A stretch of DNA of 64,000 nt, from assembly GCA_963664435.2 (NCBI GenBank), contig CAXXKM010000003.1, positions 128,001 through 192,000 of the forward strand, written 5' to 3'. The stretch's first letter is position 1. Every line of letters begins with the position of its first letter. This DNA comes from Longimicrobiales bacterium (GTDB taxonomy: Bacteria; Gemmatimonadota; Gemmatimonadetes; Longimicrobiales; Gaopeijiaceae). A program made the translations under genes and the position numbers. The notes beneath the pieces were generated by a model. That model was not told where the DNA came from, did not search any database, and was given only the letters and a program-made list of their open reading frames with translations. Below are positions 29,428 through 39,375 of the stretch, one piece after another.

Positions 29428-32400
29428 ATGGCCGTCATCCCTCCCGTCCGGGCATTCACCGGCGCGTTCATCCTGTCCCTTCTCGCAGCCGGCGTTCCGC
29501 ACGGCGGACTCGCTGCCCAGCTGACCGTTCCCGGCGAGCTCCCGGACGACTTCTTCGCCGATGCCGACTTCCGCCATGTGGGTCCGGTGGGCAACCGGGT
29601 CAGCGCCGTGGTGGGTGAACCCGGCAACCGCAACGTCTACTACCTCGGGGCCGCGTCGGGCGGCGTCTTCAGGAGCGGGGACGGCGGGCACACCTGGCGC
29701 CCCATCTTCGACGACCAGCCGGCGCAGTCGATCGGGGCGCTGGCGATCGCGCCCTCCGACGCCAACGTGGTGTGGGCGGGGACGGGCGAATCCTTCATCC
29801 GCTCGAACGTCTCCATCGGCAACGGCGTGTACCGCTCGACCGACGCGGGCCGCACATGGCGGCACATGGGGCTCGACGAGACGGGGAGGATCGGGCGCAT
29901 CGTGATCCATCCCGACGACCCGGAGCTCGTGTACGTCGCTGCGGCTGGCCACCTCTACGGCCCCCAGCAGGAACGCGGCCTCTTCCGCACCAGCGACGGC
30001 GGGGAGAGCTGGGAGCGGGTGCTCTTCTCCGGCGAGAACTCCGGGGCGATCGACGTGGTGATGGACCCCACCAACCCGCGCATCCTCTTCGCCGCCACCT
30101 GGCAGATGCAGATCTGGACCTGGGGACGCGAGAGCGGAGGTCCGGAAAGCGGGCTGTGGACGAGCCGCGACGGGGGCGACACCTGGACCCGGCTGGAGGG
30201 CGCCGGGCTGCCCCGCGGCACCATGGGGAGGATCGGGCTGGCGATGACCGCGGCCGACCCGGACCGCATCTATGCGTTGATCGAGACCAACTCGAACCGC
30301 GAGTACGAGGAGCTGGAGGACCACGAGGGCACGCTCTGGCGCTCCGACGACGGCGGGCGTTCCTGGACGATGGTGAACGCCGACCACGCGTTGGCGCAGC
30401 GTCCGCTCTACTACTCGCGCATGGCGGTGGCGCCCGACGATCCCGACGAGGTGCACTTCATGTCCACGGTGCATACGCGCTCGCTGGACGGGGGCGTGTC
30501 CTTCGAGGTCATCTCCGGAGGCGACAACCACGACATGTGGATCGACCCGCTCGATCCCGCCCGCATGATCATCGGCAACGACCAGGGCGTGCGCATCTCC
30601 ACCAACCGTGGGCGCAACTGGTACCGGCCGCTCCTGCCCATCGCGCAGATGTACCACGTGCACGTCGACACCGAGGTTCCGTACAACCTGTACGGCAACC
30701 GTCAGGACGGGCCCTCCATCGGCGGCCCTTCGAACACGCTGACCGGGGGCGCGATCCCGGTGGGCGCGTGGAGGTCGGTGGGCGGCTGCGAGACCGGGTT
30801 CGCCATCCCGGACACGGTGACCAACGACGTCGTCTGGTCGGGATGCTACGAAGGCATCCTCGAACGCCACCAGCTTTCCACCGGGATCACCCGCACGGTG
30901 AGCGTGTGGCCCGACAACCCGGAAGGCTGGGCGGCCGCCGACGTCCGCTATCGCTTCCAGTGGACCTTCCCCGTCCACATCTCGCCGCACGACAACAACG
31001 TGGTCTACGCCGGCAGCCAGCACGTGCACCGGACCACCGACGGCGGACACAGCTGGAGTGTCGTCAGCCCCGACCTCACCCGCGCCGACACCACCCGGAT
31101 GCAGAAGACCGGCGGGCTCACCACGGAGGACGTGAGCCCCACCTACGCCTCCGTGCTCTTCGCCCTCGCCGAATCCCCCATCGAGCCCGGCACCATATGG
31201 GCGGGCTCCAACGACGGCCTGGTGCACGTGACGCGCGACGGCGGGGAGAGCTGGACCGAGGTGGCCCGCAACATCTCCGGGCTCCCCGAGTGGGGCACGG
31301 TGAGCAACATCGAACCCTCCCGCTACAATCCGGCGGCGGCGTACATCACGGTCGACTTCCACCAACTGGGCGGCACCGATCCCTTCGTTTACAAGACGGA
31401 GGACTACGGCGCGTCCTGGCGCTCGCTCGCGGGCGACATCCCGCGCAGCGTGTTCAGCTACGCCCACGTCGTGCGCGAGGACCCCGTGCGTCCCGGCCTC
31501 CTCTACCTCGGAACCGAGAACTCGCTCTACGTCTCCTTCGACGACGGGGTGACCTGGACACCCCTGCAGGGCGACCTGCCTCATGCGCCGGTCCACTGGC
31601 TGGAGATCCAGCCCCGATTCAACGACCTGGTGGTGGGCACGTACGGACGCGGCTTCTGGATCCTGGACGACATCACCCCGCTGCAGCAGCTGAGCGCGGA
31701 GACGGTTGCGAACGGCGTGCATCTGTTCGCGCCGCGCCCCGCATGGCGTTTCCTTCCCCGGGAGGCCCGCAATGCGCAGCCCGACGACCCGGCCGCGGGC
31801 GAGAATCCGGACTACGGGGCCTCGATCAACTTCCACCTGGGGGAGGATCTGGCCGGACCCGTCACCATCGAGGTGGAGACCGTGGATGGAGCGCCGGTCC
31901 GCACCCTCTCCGGCAGTTTCGGCCCCGGGATGAACCGGGTGATGTGGGATCTGCGCTACACGGCCTCGGCGACGCCGCGGCTCCGCACCCCCGCGCTCGA
32001 GCACTCGCATCGCGGCGTGGGCCAGGAAGGGTGGCGGCCTCCTCCGGACGGTGGTCCGGTGCGCCCCCTGGCCATCCCCGGACGGTACCTGGTGCGGCTC
32101 ACCGCGGGCACCGAGGAGCGCACGGCCGAGCTCGAGATCCTGCAGGATCCGGCCTCCACGGCGTCCGCCGAAGACATGCGCGCCCAGCTGGCCCTTCAGC
32201 TGGAGCTGCGCGAAATGAGCGACTCGACCGCCGAGCTCATCAACCGCATCGAATGGACCCGCCGGGGGCTGGTGGACCTGGAGGAGCGGGTGCGCAGCAA
32301 TCCGCTCTACGCGGAGATCGCGGAAGTGGGAGAGGAGCTCGCGCTGGCGCTTATCGAGCTCGAGATGGAGCTCTTCGACCTGAGGCTGACGGGCGGCTCG

Positions 32401-32634
32401 GCCCGGCAGGACACCATCCGCTGGCCCCGGCGGCTGTGGGCCAAGATCGCGAGCCTCGCGGGGTATTCCGCGGGCTCGGACGATCCGCCGACGGAGTCGA
32501 TGAGCGAGGTCGGAGGGATCTACCGGCTCCAGCTGGAGGAGTATCTGAGACGCTGGGCGGAGCTGGCCGCGGACGACATCACCGACTTCAACCGCCTTCT
32601 GGCGGAACGGGGGCTGCCGCCGATCATCTCCTAG
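29428..32634 (+). CDS. Secreted VPS10/sortilin-like BNR-repeat protein (glycosyl hydrolase-like)
   Basis: Many S/TxDGGxTW Asp-boxes, GDNHDMWIDP, LVVGTYGRGFWILDD; signal peptide. Confidence 0.88.
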   Translation: MAVIPPVRAFTGAFILSLLAAGVPHGGLAAQLTVPGELPDDFFADADFRHVGPVGNRVSAVVGEPGNRNVYYLGAASGGVFRSGDGGHTWRPIFDDQPAQSIGALAIAPSDANVVWAGTGESFIRSNVSIGNGVYRSTDAGRTWRHMGLDETGRIGRIVIHPDDPELVYVAAAGHLYGPQQERGLFRTSDGGESWERVLFSGENSGAIDVVMDPTNPRILFAATWQMQIWTWGRESGGPESGLWTSRDGGDTWTRLEGAGLPRGTMGRIGLAMTAADPDRIYALIETNSNREYEELEDHEGTLWRSDDGGRSWTMVNADHALAQRPLYYSRMAVAPDDPDEVHFMSTVHTRSLDGGVSFEVISGGDNHDMWIDPLDPARMIIGNDQGVRISTNRGRNWYRPLLPIAQMYHVHVDTEVPYNLYGNRQDGPSIGGPSNTLTGGAIPVGAWRSVGGCETGFAIPDTVTNDVVWSGCYEGILERHQLSTGITRTVSVWPDNPEGWAAADVRYRFQWTFPVHISPHDNNVVYAGSQHVHRTTDGGHSWSVVSPDLTRADTTRMQKTGGLTTEDVSPTYASVLFALAESPIEPGTIWAGSNDGLVHVTRDGGESWTEVARNISGLPEWGTVSNIEPSRYNPAAAYITVDFHQLGGTDPFVYKTEDYGASWRSLAGDIPRSVFSYAHVVREDPVRPGLLYLGTENSLYVSFDDGVTWTPLQGDLPHAPVHWLEIQPRFNDLVVGTYGRGFWILDDITPLQQLSAETVANGVHLFAPRPAWRFLPREARNAQPDDPAAGENPDYGASINFHLGEDLAGPVTIEVETVDGAPVRTLSGSFGPGMNRVMWDLRYTASATPRLRTPALEHSHRGVGQEGWRPPPDGGPVRPLAIPGRYLVRLTAGTEERTAELEILQDPASTASAEDMRAQLALQLELREMSDSTAELINRIEWTRRGLVDLEERVRSNPLYAEIAEVGEELALALIELEMELFDLRLTGGSARQDTIRWPRRLWAKIASLAGYSAGSDDPPTESMSEVGGIYRLQLEEYLRRWAELAADDITDFNRLLAERGLPPIIS

Positions 32635-33212
32635 AGCTGGAGACGCAGGAAATTCTCGATCAGCCGCGGTCCCGCGTCGGAGAAGTATGACTCAGGGTGG
32701 AACTGAACCCCCCAGACCGGCATCGTCCGGTGGCGCATGGCCTGAATCTCGTCCTCCTCGCCGGGAAGATCGGTCCAGGCCACGGGTTCGAGTTCGCCCG
32801 GCAGGGCGGCCGGATCCGTGACCAGCGAGTGGTAGCGCGCCACGGTCATCGGCGAGGGAAGCCCCTGGAAGACCCCGAAACCCTGGTGGCGGATGGGCGC
32901 GGTCTTGCCGTGCATGACGCGCGCCGCCCGCACAGTCGCGCCCCCGAAGGCTTCCCCGATGGCCTGGTGTCCCAGGCAGACTCCCAGGATGGGGGTCCGC
33001 GGACCCATCGTCCGCACCAGCTCGATGCTGATGCCGGCTTCGCGCGGCGTGCAGGGGCCGGGAGAAATGACGATGCGCTCCGGAGCCTGGCGCTCGATCT
33101 CCTGAACGGTGCGCTCGTCGTTGCGCACCACCTCGGTCTCGCGGCCCAGCGCCTCCAGCATCTGCACCAGATTCCAGGTGAACGAGTCGTAGTTGTCGAG
33201 AACCAGGATCAT
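32631..33212 (-). CDS. Anthranilate/aminodeoxychorismate synthase component II (TrpG/PabA)
   Basis: DNYDSFT, SPGPC, LGVCLGHQ, RYHSL, QFHPES. Confidence 0.93.
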   Translation of the reverse strand: MILVLDNYDSFTWNLVQMLEALGRETEVVRNDERTVQEIERQAPERIVISPGPCTPREAGISIELVRTMGPRTPILGVCLGHQAIGEAFGGATVRAARVMHGKTAPIRHQGFGVFQGLPSPMTVARYHSLVTDPAALPGELEPVAWTDLPGEEDEIQAMRHRTMPVWGVQFHPESYFSDAGPRLIENFLRLQL

Positions 33213-33413
33213 CGGGTGCGGAGGTCGGTAGGATGAAGTCGGGTGGCGGGCGCATGCCCGTGATGCACGGCGCGTCCTGTATCTTCGTTGTGGCTCCGGA
33301 TGCTCGTGTCCCGGCTGCGTCGAGATGCGCGGAATGTGCCGCGCCGGAGGGCATTCGCCAAGTCCCGTCTTCCCGCCCCGTATCCTGTCGACCTCTGCCC
33401 GAGTCCCGCGCCG

Positions 33414-34442
33414 GTGTACACACGCTGCCTGGTATGCCAGGCCCCCTTCCCGGAGAACGATACGCTGGAGTACCTGCCGCGCGGACGGCGCGTGGCCTTC
33501 GATGGGGACCGGGGCCGGCTGTGGATGGTCTGCGGCGCCTGCAAGCGGTGGTCGCTGGTGCCGCTGCTCGACCGCTGGGAGGCGCTCGAGGAGCTCGAGA
33601 AGCTCTCCGTCGACCAGGGGCGCGTGTTGTCGCGCACCGACAACATCGCGCTCCTCACGGTCGGTCGACTCGAGATCGTGCGCGTCGGCCGCTGCGAGCG
33701 CCGGGAGGAAGCCTGGTGGCGCTACGGGCGTGAGCTGCGCGCCCGCCGCAAGCGGTTCAAGCGGGTGTCGCTCGCGGGCACGGCCGTGGGGGCTGCCGCC
33801 GTTGGCGGCTGGCTGACCGGCGGCATCGGCCTGCTGGGTGCCTGGGTGCTGTGGGAGCACGCGCCGAGGTGGACGACCCGGGGCGCCCGGTGGCTGCGCT
33901 TCGGTTCGGCGGCGTGGCGGGGCCGGCGCGAATGCGGGCGCTGCGGATATGTCATGCGGGCGCTTTCCTACGACCAACGCTCCGGGTTGACGATCCACTC
34001 CACCGAAGGCGACACCCCCGTGGTCATGTCCCGGACCTGTCCGGTCTGCGGCGCGGCCCCGGACGACGAAGAAGGCCTGCGGCTGACGGGCCCGGACGCG
34101 GAACGTACCCTGCGCAGGGTTCTCGCCTACCACCACTTCGAGGGAGCATCCGAGAAACGGATCGCTTCCGCGACCCGCCTGATCGAGGAAGTCGGGGGCA
34201 CCGGCGGTCTTTCCCGGGTGCTGGTAAAGAAGGGCGCGCGCTTCGGCAATCTGCCGCGCACGGGCACAATCGCCCTGGAGATCGCGGCCGGCGAGGATTC
34301 CGAGCGGCGGCTGCTGGAACTCGAGTTGGCCAGCCTGGAGGCGCATTGGAAGCGGGAGGAGGAACTCGCCGCCATCATCGACGGCGAGCTGACGCCGGTG
34401 CCTCTGCTGGAGTCGCTACGCCGCAAAGTTGCCGGGTTGTGA
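33414..34442 (+). CDS. Hypothetical protein with four CxxC pairs, Gly-rich hydrophobic segment and C-terminal coiled coil
   Basis: CLVC, CGAC, CGRC, CPVC; GTG start inferred. Confidence 0.7.
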   Translation: MYTRCLVCQAPFPENDTLEYLPRGRRVAFDGDRGRLWMVCGACKRWSLVPLLDRWEALEELEKLSVDQGRVLSRTDNIALLTVGRLEIVRVGRCERREEAWWRYGRELRARRKRFKRVSLAGTAVGAAAVGGWLTGGIGLLGAWVLWEHAPRWTTRGARWLRFGSAAWRGRRECGRCGYVMRALSYDQRSGLTIHSTEGDTPVVMSRTCPVCGAAPDDEEGLRLTGPDAERTLRRVLAYHHFEGASEKRIASATRLIEEVGGTGGLSRVLVKKGARFGNLPRTGTIALEIAAGEDSERRLLELELASLEAHWKREEELAAIIDGELTPVPLLESLRRKVAGL

Positions 34443-34457
34443 GGAGCCTCGATTAAC

Positions 34458-36266
34458 TCAGTAGTCCACCGGCCTCAGGTACGACTCCCCGATGGCCGTG
34501 GACGAGAGCACCGCCACCGTCGGCAGCTCACGCTTCCAATGGGTCGCGTTCAAACGGCTCCAGACGATGCCGACCTGCGATTCGTCGAACCCTCGCCGCA
34601 CCAGGTCGGAGGGCGAGTAGCCGCGCAGGAACCAGTGCAGGATGGGGTCGGCATCGTGGTAGGAGATGCCCAGCTCGTCGTGGTCGTGGATGCCCTGGAC
34701 CAGATCGGCGCTGGCCGGCTTCTCGACGATCTCGGAGGGGACGCCGAGATGGCGCGCGAGCGCCCACACCTGGGTCTTGAACAGGTCCCCGAGCGGGTTG
34801 ACCGGGGGCGAGTCGTCGGCGTGCCAGGTGTAGTAGCCGAAGAGCCGTTCGCTCTTGTTGCCGGTTCCGAGGGGGAGGGCGCGCAGGAGCGCCGACTGGT
34901 CGAAGATGGTGAGGGCGCGGAAGCGGGCGGCGAGATTTCCGCGGCGCAGCGGGGTGATGTCCGGCTCGTGGCGCGCAATGTAGCCGTCCACCGAAGCCGT
35001 GATGTCCAGAGTGCGGGCGACGGCGCCGGTCGCCTCCAGCACCATCGCCGCGTGCTCCAGGCTTTCCGGTGAAGAGGTCGCGTACGGAAGCCGCAGCCCG
35101 GTGACGTTTTCCGGGCCGAGCGCGCGCACCGCCAGGCAGAGCGACAAGGCGGAATCGACGCCTCCCGACACGCCGATCACGACCTTTTCGAAGCCGCGCC
35201 GGCGCACGATCTCCTCCCGGATGAACTCGACCAGGGCGCGTTCGGTGAGCTCGAGGTTCAGGTCGAGCATCGAGGCGTCGCCCGGAACCGGACCATGGGT
35301 TGACGCCCGGGAACGGCGCGCCGGGGTCGCGCCCCCGCCCCCAGGCCGGGGATCCGTCCCACCCGAGGCCGTGGCCGCCGGTTCGCTTCTCCGCGTGCGG
35401 CCGGCGCGCGCCAGCGCGTCGCGCAGGTTCGGCAGCTGCTGTTCGAGATCTGAAAGCAGCGGCGACTCGAAGCGGTGCCGGTCGATCGCCGTGCGGTCGA
35501 GGACGGCGGTCACCACGCCTTCCTCGAACAGCGGAGCGCGCGCCAGGTTGGTGCCGTCGGGCGCGATCGCCACCGACCCGCCCGCGAACAGCTTGCCGCC
35601 CTCCGATCCCACCAGCTGGCTGACGAGGAGGAAGACGCCGTGTTCCATCGCGGGTCCCTCGAGGATCGGGTCCCAGCGCCTGATGCTGGCCGGGCGGTCG
35701 CTTCCCGCGAGGAATCCCCGCGCCGGCGAGGCGCTGGGCACCAGGACGACCTCGGCTCCGTCCAGGGCCAGAACGGCCGTGGTCAGCGAGTGCCAGACAT
35801 CTTCGCAGATCAGCATTCCCATGCGGCCCAGGGGCGTGTCGAAGGCGCGCAGTTCCCGCCCCGGCTCCACGAAACGGGCTTCGTCGAAGAGCCCGTAGGT
35901 GGGCAGGAACATCTTGCGGTGGACGTGCAGCGGCAGGTAGCGGTCGCCGCTCGCGGAGAAATAGACGACGCTGTTGTAGATCTGGCGGCGATGCCGCTCG
36001 TAGAAGCCGACGACCAGGTCGGGCGCGCCGTCGGGTGCACGGCCCAGCATGTCCGCCACTTCTTCCGCGCCGAAGGCGAGTTCCGCAACCGCCCCCTGCA
36101 GGAAGTATCCGGTCAGGCAGGTTTCCGGAAAGACGAGGAGGTCGTGGTCGCTCCCGGAGTCGGCGACCAGCGAGCCGATCCTGTCGAGATTGGCGCGCAC
36201 GTCTCCCTTGCGCGGCTTCATCTGGACCAGTCCCGCGACGAGGGGGGACGAATGTCTCAGGCTCAT
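34458..36266 (-). CDS. nadE: Glutamine-dependent NAD+ synthetase (nitrilase domain + synthetase domain)
   Basis: FPE / HRK / ICED triad; SGGVDSAL, GTGNKSE, PLGDLFKTQVW. Confidence 0.9.
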   Translation of the reverse strand: MSLRHSSPLVAGLVQMKPRKGDVRANLDRIGSLVADSGSDHDLLVFPETCLTGYFLQGAVAELAFGAEEVADMLGRAPDGAPDLVVGFYERHRRQIYNSVVYFSASGDRYLPLHVHRKMFLPTYGLFDEARFVEPGRELRAFDTPLGRMGMLICEDVWHSLTTAVLALDGAEVVLVPSASPARGFLAGSDRPASIRRWDPILEGPAMEHGVFLLVSQLVGSEGGKLFAGGSVAIAPDGTNLARAPLFEEGVVTAVLDRTAIDRHRFESPLLSDLEQQLPNLRDALARAGRTRRSEPAATASGGTDPRPGGGGATPARRSRASTHGPVPGDASMLDLNLELTERALVEFIREEIVRRRGFEKVVIGVSGGVDSALSLCLAVRALGPENVTGLRLPYATSSPESLEHAAMVLEATGAVARTLDITASVDGYIARHEPDITPLRRGNLAARFRALTIFDQSALLRALPLGTGNKSERLFGYYTWHADDSPPVNPLGDLFKTQVWALARHLGVPSEIVEKPASADLVQGIHDHDELGISYHDADPILHWFLRGYSPSDLVRRGFDESQVGIVWSRLNATHWKRELPTVAVLSSTAIGESYLRPVDY

Positions 36267-36515
36267 GAGCGGCACGTCGTCCTGGGAGCGGGTTCAGGTG
36301 CGCGTTCCGGTTGGCGGCCGGGCAAGCGGGAACTCTCCCGACAAGGTATGATAACCACGCGGTCCGCCAAACGGCGCGCTGGTTGCCGGGTGATCCATCC
36401 GATTGCGCGATAACCGGCAGCACGATGCAGACGCGGGTCGAACCGGCTCCGGGAACGAGTCGCTGACTTCCGGGGTCTACCTTGCAGCCATCGACATTCC
36501 CTCACACGAATCGCC

Positions 36516-38369
36516 ATGACCCGCACGAGATTTTTCCTGGCAGCGTTCCTTCTTTCCCTGCCGGTCTCGGCTTCGGAGCTCGCGGGACAGAACACGGGAT
36601 CGACCGGCCAGCCGGACGACGAAGCCGGCGCTACGCTGACTGGCCAGCAGTTCCTGCGTGCCTTCGAGGTCATCAAGAGCTTCAGCTGGAACACGCCGGC
36701 CGACTCGACGCTCTGGAGAGGGGCCTTCGACGGGCTGCTGCGGTCGGCGATTCTATCCGCGGCGCGCATTGATTCGGCCGACTTCGCCCAGGACTCGACC
36801 GGCGTCCTCGCGACGGCCGCGGTGCTGCGGAGCCCGGGCTCGGTCGACGGCCGGCAATTGCTCAGCAGGTTCGACAGCATCAGGCGGTCGGGTCCGGGGT
36901 CGGTTGACGACCAGCGCTTCCTCAGCGCCTTCGACAGCATCAGGCGGTCGGGTCCGGACGCGCCCGATGATCCGGTGCTCTGGCGCGGTTCGATTTCGGG
37001 ACTGATCGGAGCCCTGGACGATCCCTACGGCCAGGTGCTCAGCCCGCGGCTGGTTGACGAGTTCCAGGAGCAGACCACCGGCAACTACGCGGGCATCGGG
37101 GTGGCGATCCAGCAGCTGAACGACCGAATCACGGTCACCGCGGTCTTCCGCGGGTTCCCGGCAGAGCGAGTGGGAATCCAGGTGGGCGACGTGATCGTGG
37201 GCGTGGACGGCGAGAGCACCGACGGCTGGACGACCGGTGCCGCCTCCGAGCGCATTCGCGGCACGCCCGGCACCATGGTCACCGTTTCGGTTGAACGCGA
37301 CGGGTTTTCCGCGCCCATCCCCCACGACATCGAGCGCGACAACATTCATGTGTCGTCGGTGCACGCCGGGTACATGGAGGAGGACATCGGCTACATCCAG
37401 CTCGACAGGGTCGCTCGCGGGTCCACCGAAGAGATGGACTCCGCTTTCGCCCTGCTCGCGGACGCCAGGGGGATCGTTCTCGATCTGCGTCGCAATCCCG
37501 GGGGATACCTGGACGAGTCCCTCACCCTGACCGACCTCTTCCTCGACCGGGGCAAGCGCATCGTCAGCACCCGCGGCCGCAACCCGCGCCGCGGGCCGGG
37601 GGAGCACGAGGACGCGGTGTACACCCGGGATCGAGCCAGCGTCGGGGACAAGCCGCTGGTGGTGCTGGTCGATGGCTTCACGGCTTCGGCCGGGGAAATC
37701 CTGTCCGGGGCCCTCCAGGACCACGACCGCGCGCTGGTGGTGGGTGAGCGCACCTTCGGCAAGGGGGTCGTGCAGTCCGTCGTACCGCTTCCGGAAGGCT
37801 GGCAGTTGCAGCTGACCACCGGAGAGTGGTACACGCCGCTGGGCCGGTCGCTGCACCGCCAGCGGGACGCACAGGGGCTGCCACTTCCCGAGGATTCCAC
37901 CGCGTTTCCCGTCTTCACCACCGAAGGCGGGCGCGAACTCAGGGGTGGTGGCGGGGTCTTCCCGGATCTGCAAATCGCCGGCGACACGCTGCTGGTCGTC
38001 GAGCGCCAGCTTCTGGAGGAAGCCAGGGACGCCGAATTCCCCTTCGGGCTGAGGCTGGCCGAAATCGGCTTCGACCGCTCGCAGGCCGTCAGCAATGACG
38101 GGGCCGAGGCAATCATCACCGACGAGATACTCGAAGCGTTCATCGCCGACATGCGCGAGGCGGGTGTGCCCGAGGCGACCGTCGGAGATCCGGCAGTCCG
38201 CGACTATCTGCTCTGGCGGCTCGAGATCGCCCTGTCTCAGCGCATGGACGACGAGCGTCTGTTGCGGTTCCGCATCCAGCGCGATCCCGTTCTGGCCGAA
38301 GCCGTCCGACTCGTGCGCGAGTCGGACACCCAGGCGGAACTCTTCAGGCTCGCGGGCGGCGGCAGCTAG
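36516..38369 (+). CDS. ctpA: S41A carboxy-terminal processing protease (PDZ)
   Basis: DDPY, YAGIG, LDLRRNPGG, TASAGEI, GERTFGKGVVQ, WYTPLGRS. Confidence 0.9.
   Translation: MTRTRFFLAAFLLSLPVSASELAGQNTGSTGQPDDEAGATLTGQQFLRAFEVIKSFSWNTPADSTLWRGAFDGLLRSAILSAARIDSADFAQDSTGVLATAAVLRSPGSVDGRQLLSRFDSIRRSGPGSVDDQRFLSAFDSIRRSGPDAPDDPVLWRGSISGLIGALDDPYGQVLSPRLVDEFQEQTTGNYAGIGVAIQQLNDRITVTAVFRGFPAERVGIQVGDVIVGVDGESTDGWTTGAASERIRGTPGTMVTVSVERDGFSAPIPHDIERDNIHVSSVHAGYMEEDIGYIQLDRVARGSTEEMDSAFALLADARGIVLDLRRNPGGYLDESLTLTDLFLDRGKRIVSTRGRNPRRGPGEHEDAVYTRDRASVGDKPLVVLVDGFTASAGEILSGALQDHDRALVVGERTFGKGVVQSVVPLPEGWQLQLTTGEWYTPLGRSLHRQRDAQGLPLPEDSTAFPVFTTEGGRELRGGGGVFPDLQIAGDTLLVVERQLLEEARDAEFPFGLRLAEIGFDRSQAVSNDGAEAIITDEILEAFIADMREAGVPEATVGDPAVRDYLLWRLEIALSQRMDDERLLRFRIQRDPVLAEAVRLVRESDTQAELFRLAGGGS
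36841..36957 (+). repeat. 60-bp in-frame tandem duplication in ctpA
   Basis: Identical TTCGACAGCATCAGGCGGTCGGGTCCGG at 36870 and 36930. Confidence 0.9.
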
Positions 38370-38420
38370 CGGGAGTCACGCGCGCGCAGCACTTCCCCCG
38401 GGTCTGTCCCGCCCGCGGCC

Positions 38421-38454
38421 GGGTCTGCCGATGTCATGGGTCTGCCGATGTCAT
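38421..38454. repeat. Perfect 17-bp tandem duplication overlapping the xerD stop codon
   Basis: GGGTCTGCCGATGTCAT x2. Confidence 0.9.
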
Positions 38455-39368
38455 CCTCTGGGGTGGTGGGTCCGGTGCATCTCGTGGACGTATTCCCGGT
38501 CCACATGCGTGTAGATCTCGGTGGTGGCGATGTCGACGTGGCCGAGCAGCTCCTGGACCGCGGCCAGGTCGGCGCCTCCCTCCAGCAGATGGGTCGCGCA
38601 GCTGTGACGGAGGGTGTGGGGGGAGACGGCTCTCTCGATCCCCGCCCGGTCGCGCGCGTTGCGCACGATGGTCCACACCGCCATGCGGGTGAGCGGCCGG
38701 CCTCTGGCACTGAGGAAGACCATCCCTTCGCCCCTGCCCCGTTCCAGCCCCGGCCGTACATCCCGCAGATATCGTACCAGCGCGCGCCGGGCTGCTCGGC
38801 CGAAGGGCACCATGCGCTCCTTCGAGCCCTTGCCGTACACCAGGCAGGTGCGGTCCTCGAGGTCGAGGCTCTGCCGGGGAAGCCCCACCAGCTCGGAGAC
38901 GCGCATGCCCGTGGCGTAGAGGAGCTCCAGGACGGCCCGGTCGCGCCAGCACAGCGGATGGGAGGGGTCCGGCGCCTCCATAAGGCCTTCCGTTTCCCGC
39001 AGGCTCAGCACTTCGGGGAGGGTTCGCCACACGCGCGGGGACTCGATCTGCTCGGTGGGATCCGTCTCGATGACCTCTTCTTCCAGGAGGAAGGCGAAGT
39101 AGGCCCGCATCGATGACAGGGCACGCCGGATCGAGGTCGGCGCCAGTCCCCGGTCCTTGAGCGAGTACACATGGTCGCGGAGCTCGAGGTGGGTGACGTC
39201 CCGCGGCCGAACGATGTCCCGGTCCGAGAGATACCGGATCAGCCGCGCCACGTCGCGCCCGTACGCTTCCATGGTGCGCGCCGAGAGCCCTCGCTCGAAG
39301 GCCAGGTAGTCCGCGAAGAGTTCCTCCCGGAAGGCTCTGGGGTCCGGCCGGTCCCGCTCCCCGGTCAT
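38451..39368 (-). CDS. xerD: Tyrosine recombinase XerD
   Basis: LPEVLS, ELLYATGMRVSEL, GKGSKER, SPHTLRHS, LLGH, IYTHV, HHPRG. Confidence 0.9.
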   Translation of the reverse strand: MTGERDRPDPRAFREELFADYLAFERGLSARTMEAYGRDVARLIRYLSDRDIVRPRDVTHLELRDHVYSLKDRGLAPTSIRRALSSMRAYFAFLLEEEVIETDPTEQIESPRVWRTLPEVLSLRETEGLMEAPDPSHPLCWRDRAVLELLYATGMRVSELVGLPRQSLDLEDRTCLVYGKGSKERMVPFGRAARRALVRYLRDVRPGLERGRGEGMVFLSARGRPLTRMAVWTIVRNARDRAGIERAVSPHTLRHSCATHLLEGGADLAAVQELLGHVDIATTEIYTHVDREYVHEMHRTHHPRG

Positions 39369-39375
39369 CTCCCGC

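Noticed and set aside
28012..32010. 1332-aa minus-strand ORF
   Set aside because: Most of it is the antisense shadow of the VPS10-like gene; only 28012-29232 looks like a real protein
38451..39368. Phage or island integrase
   Set aside because: XerD-type motifs and length, housekeeping context, no cargo genes
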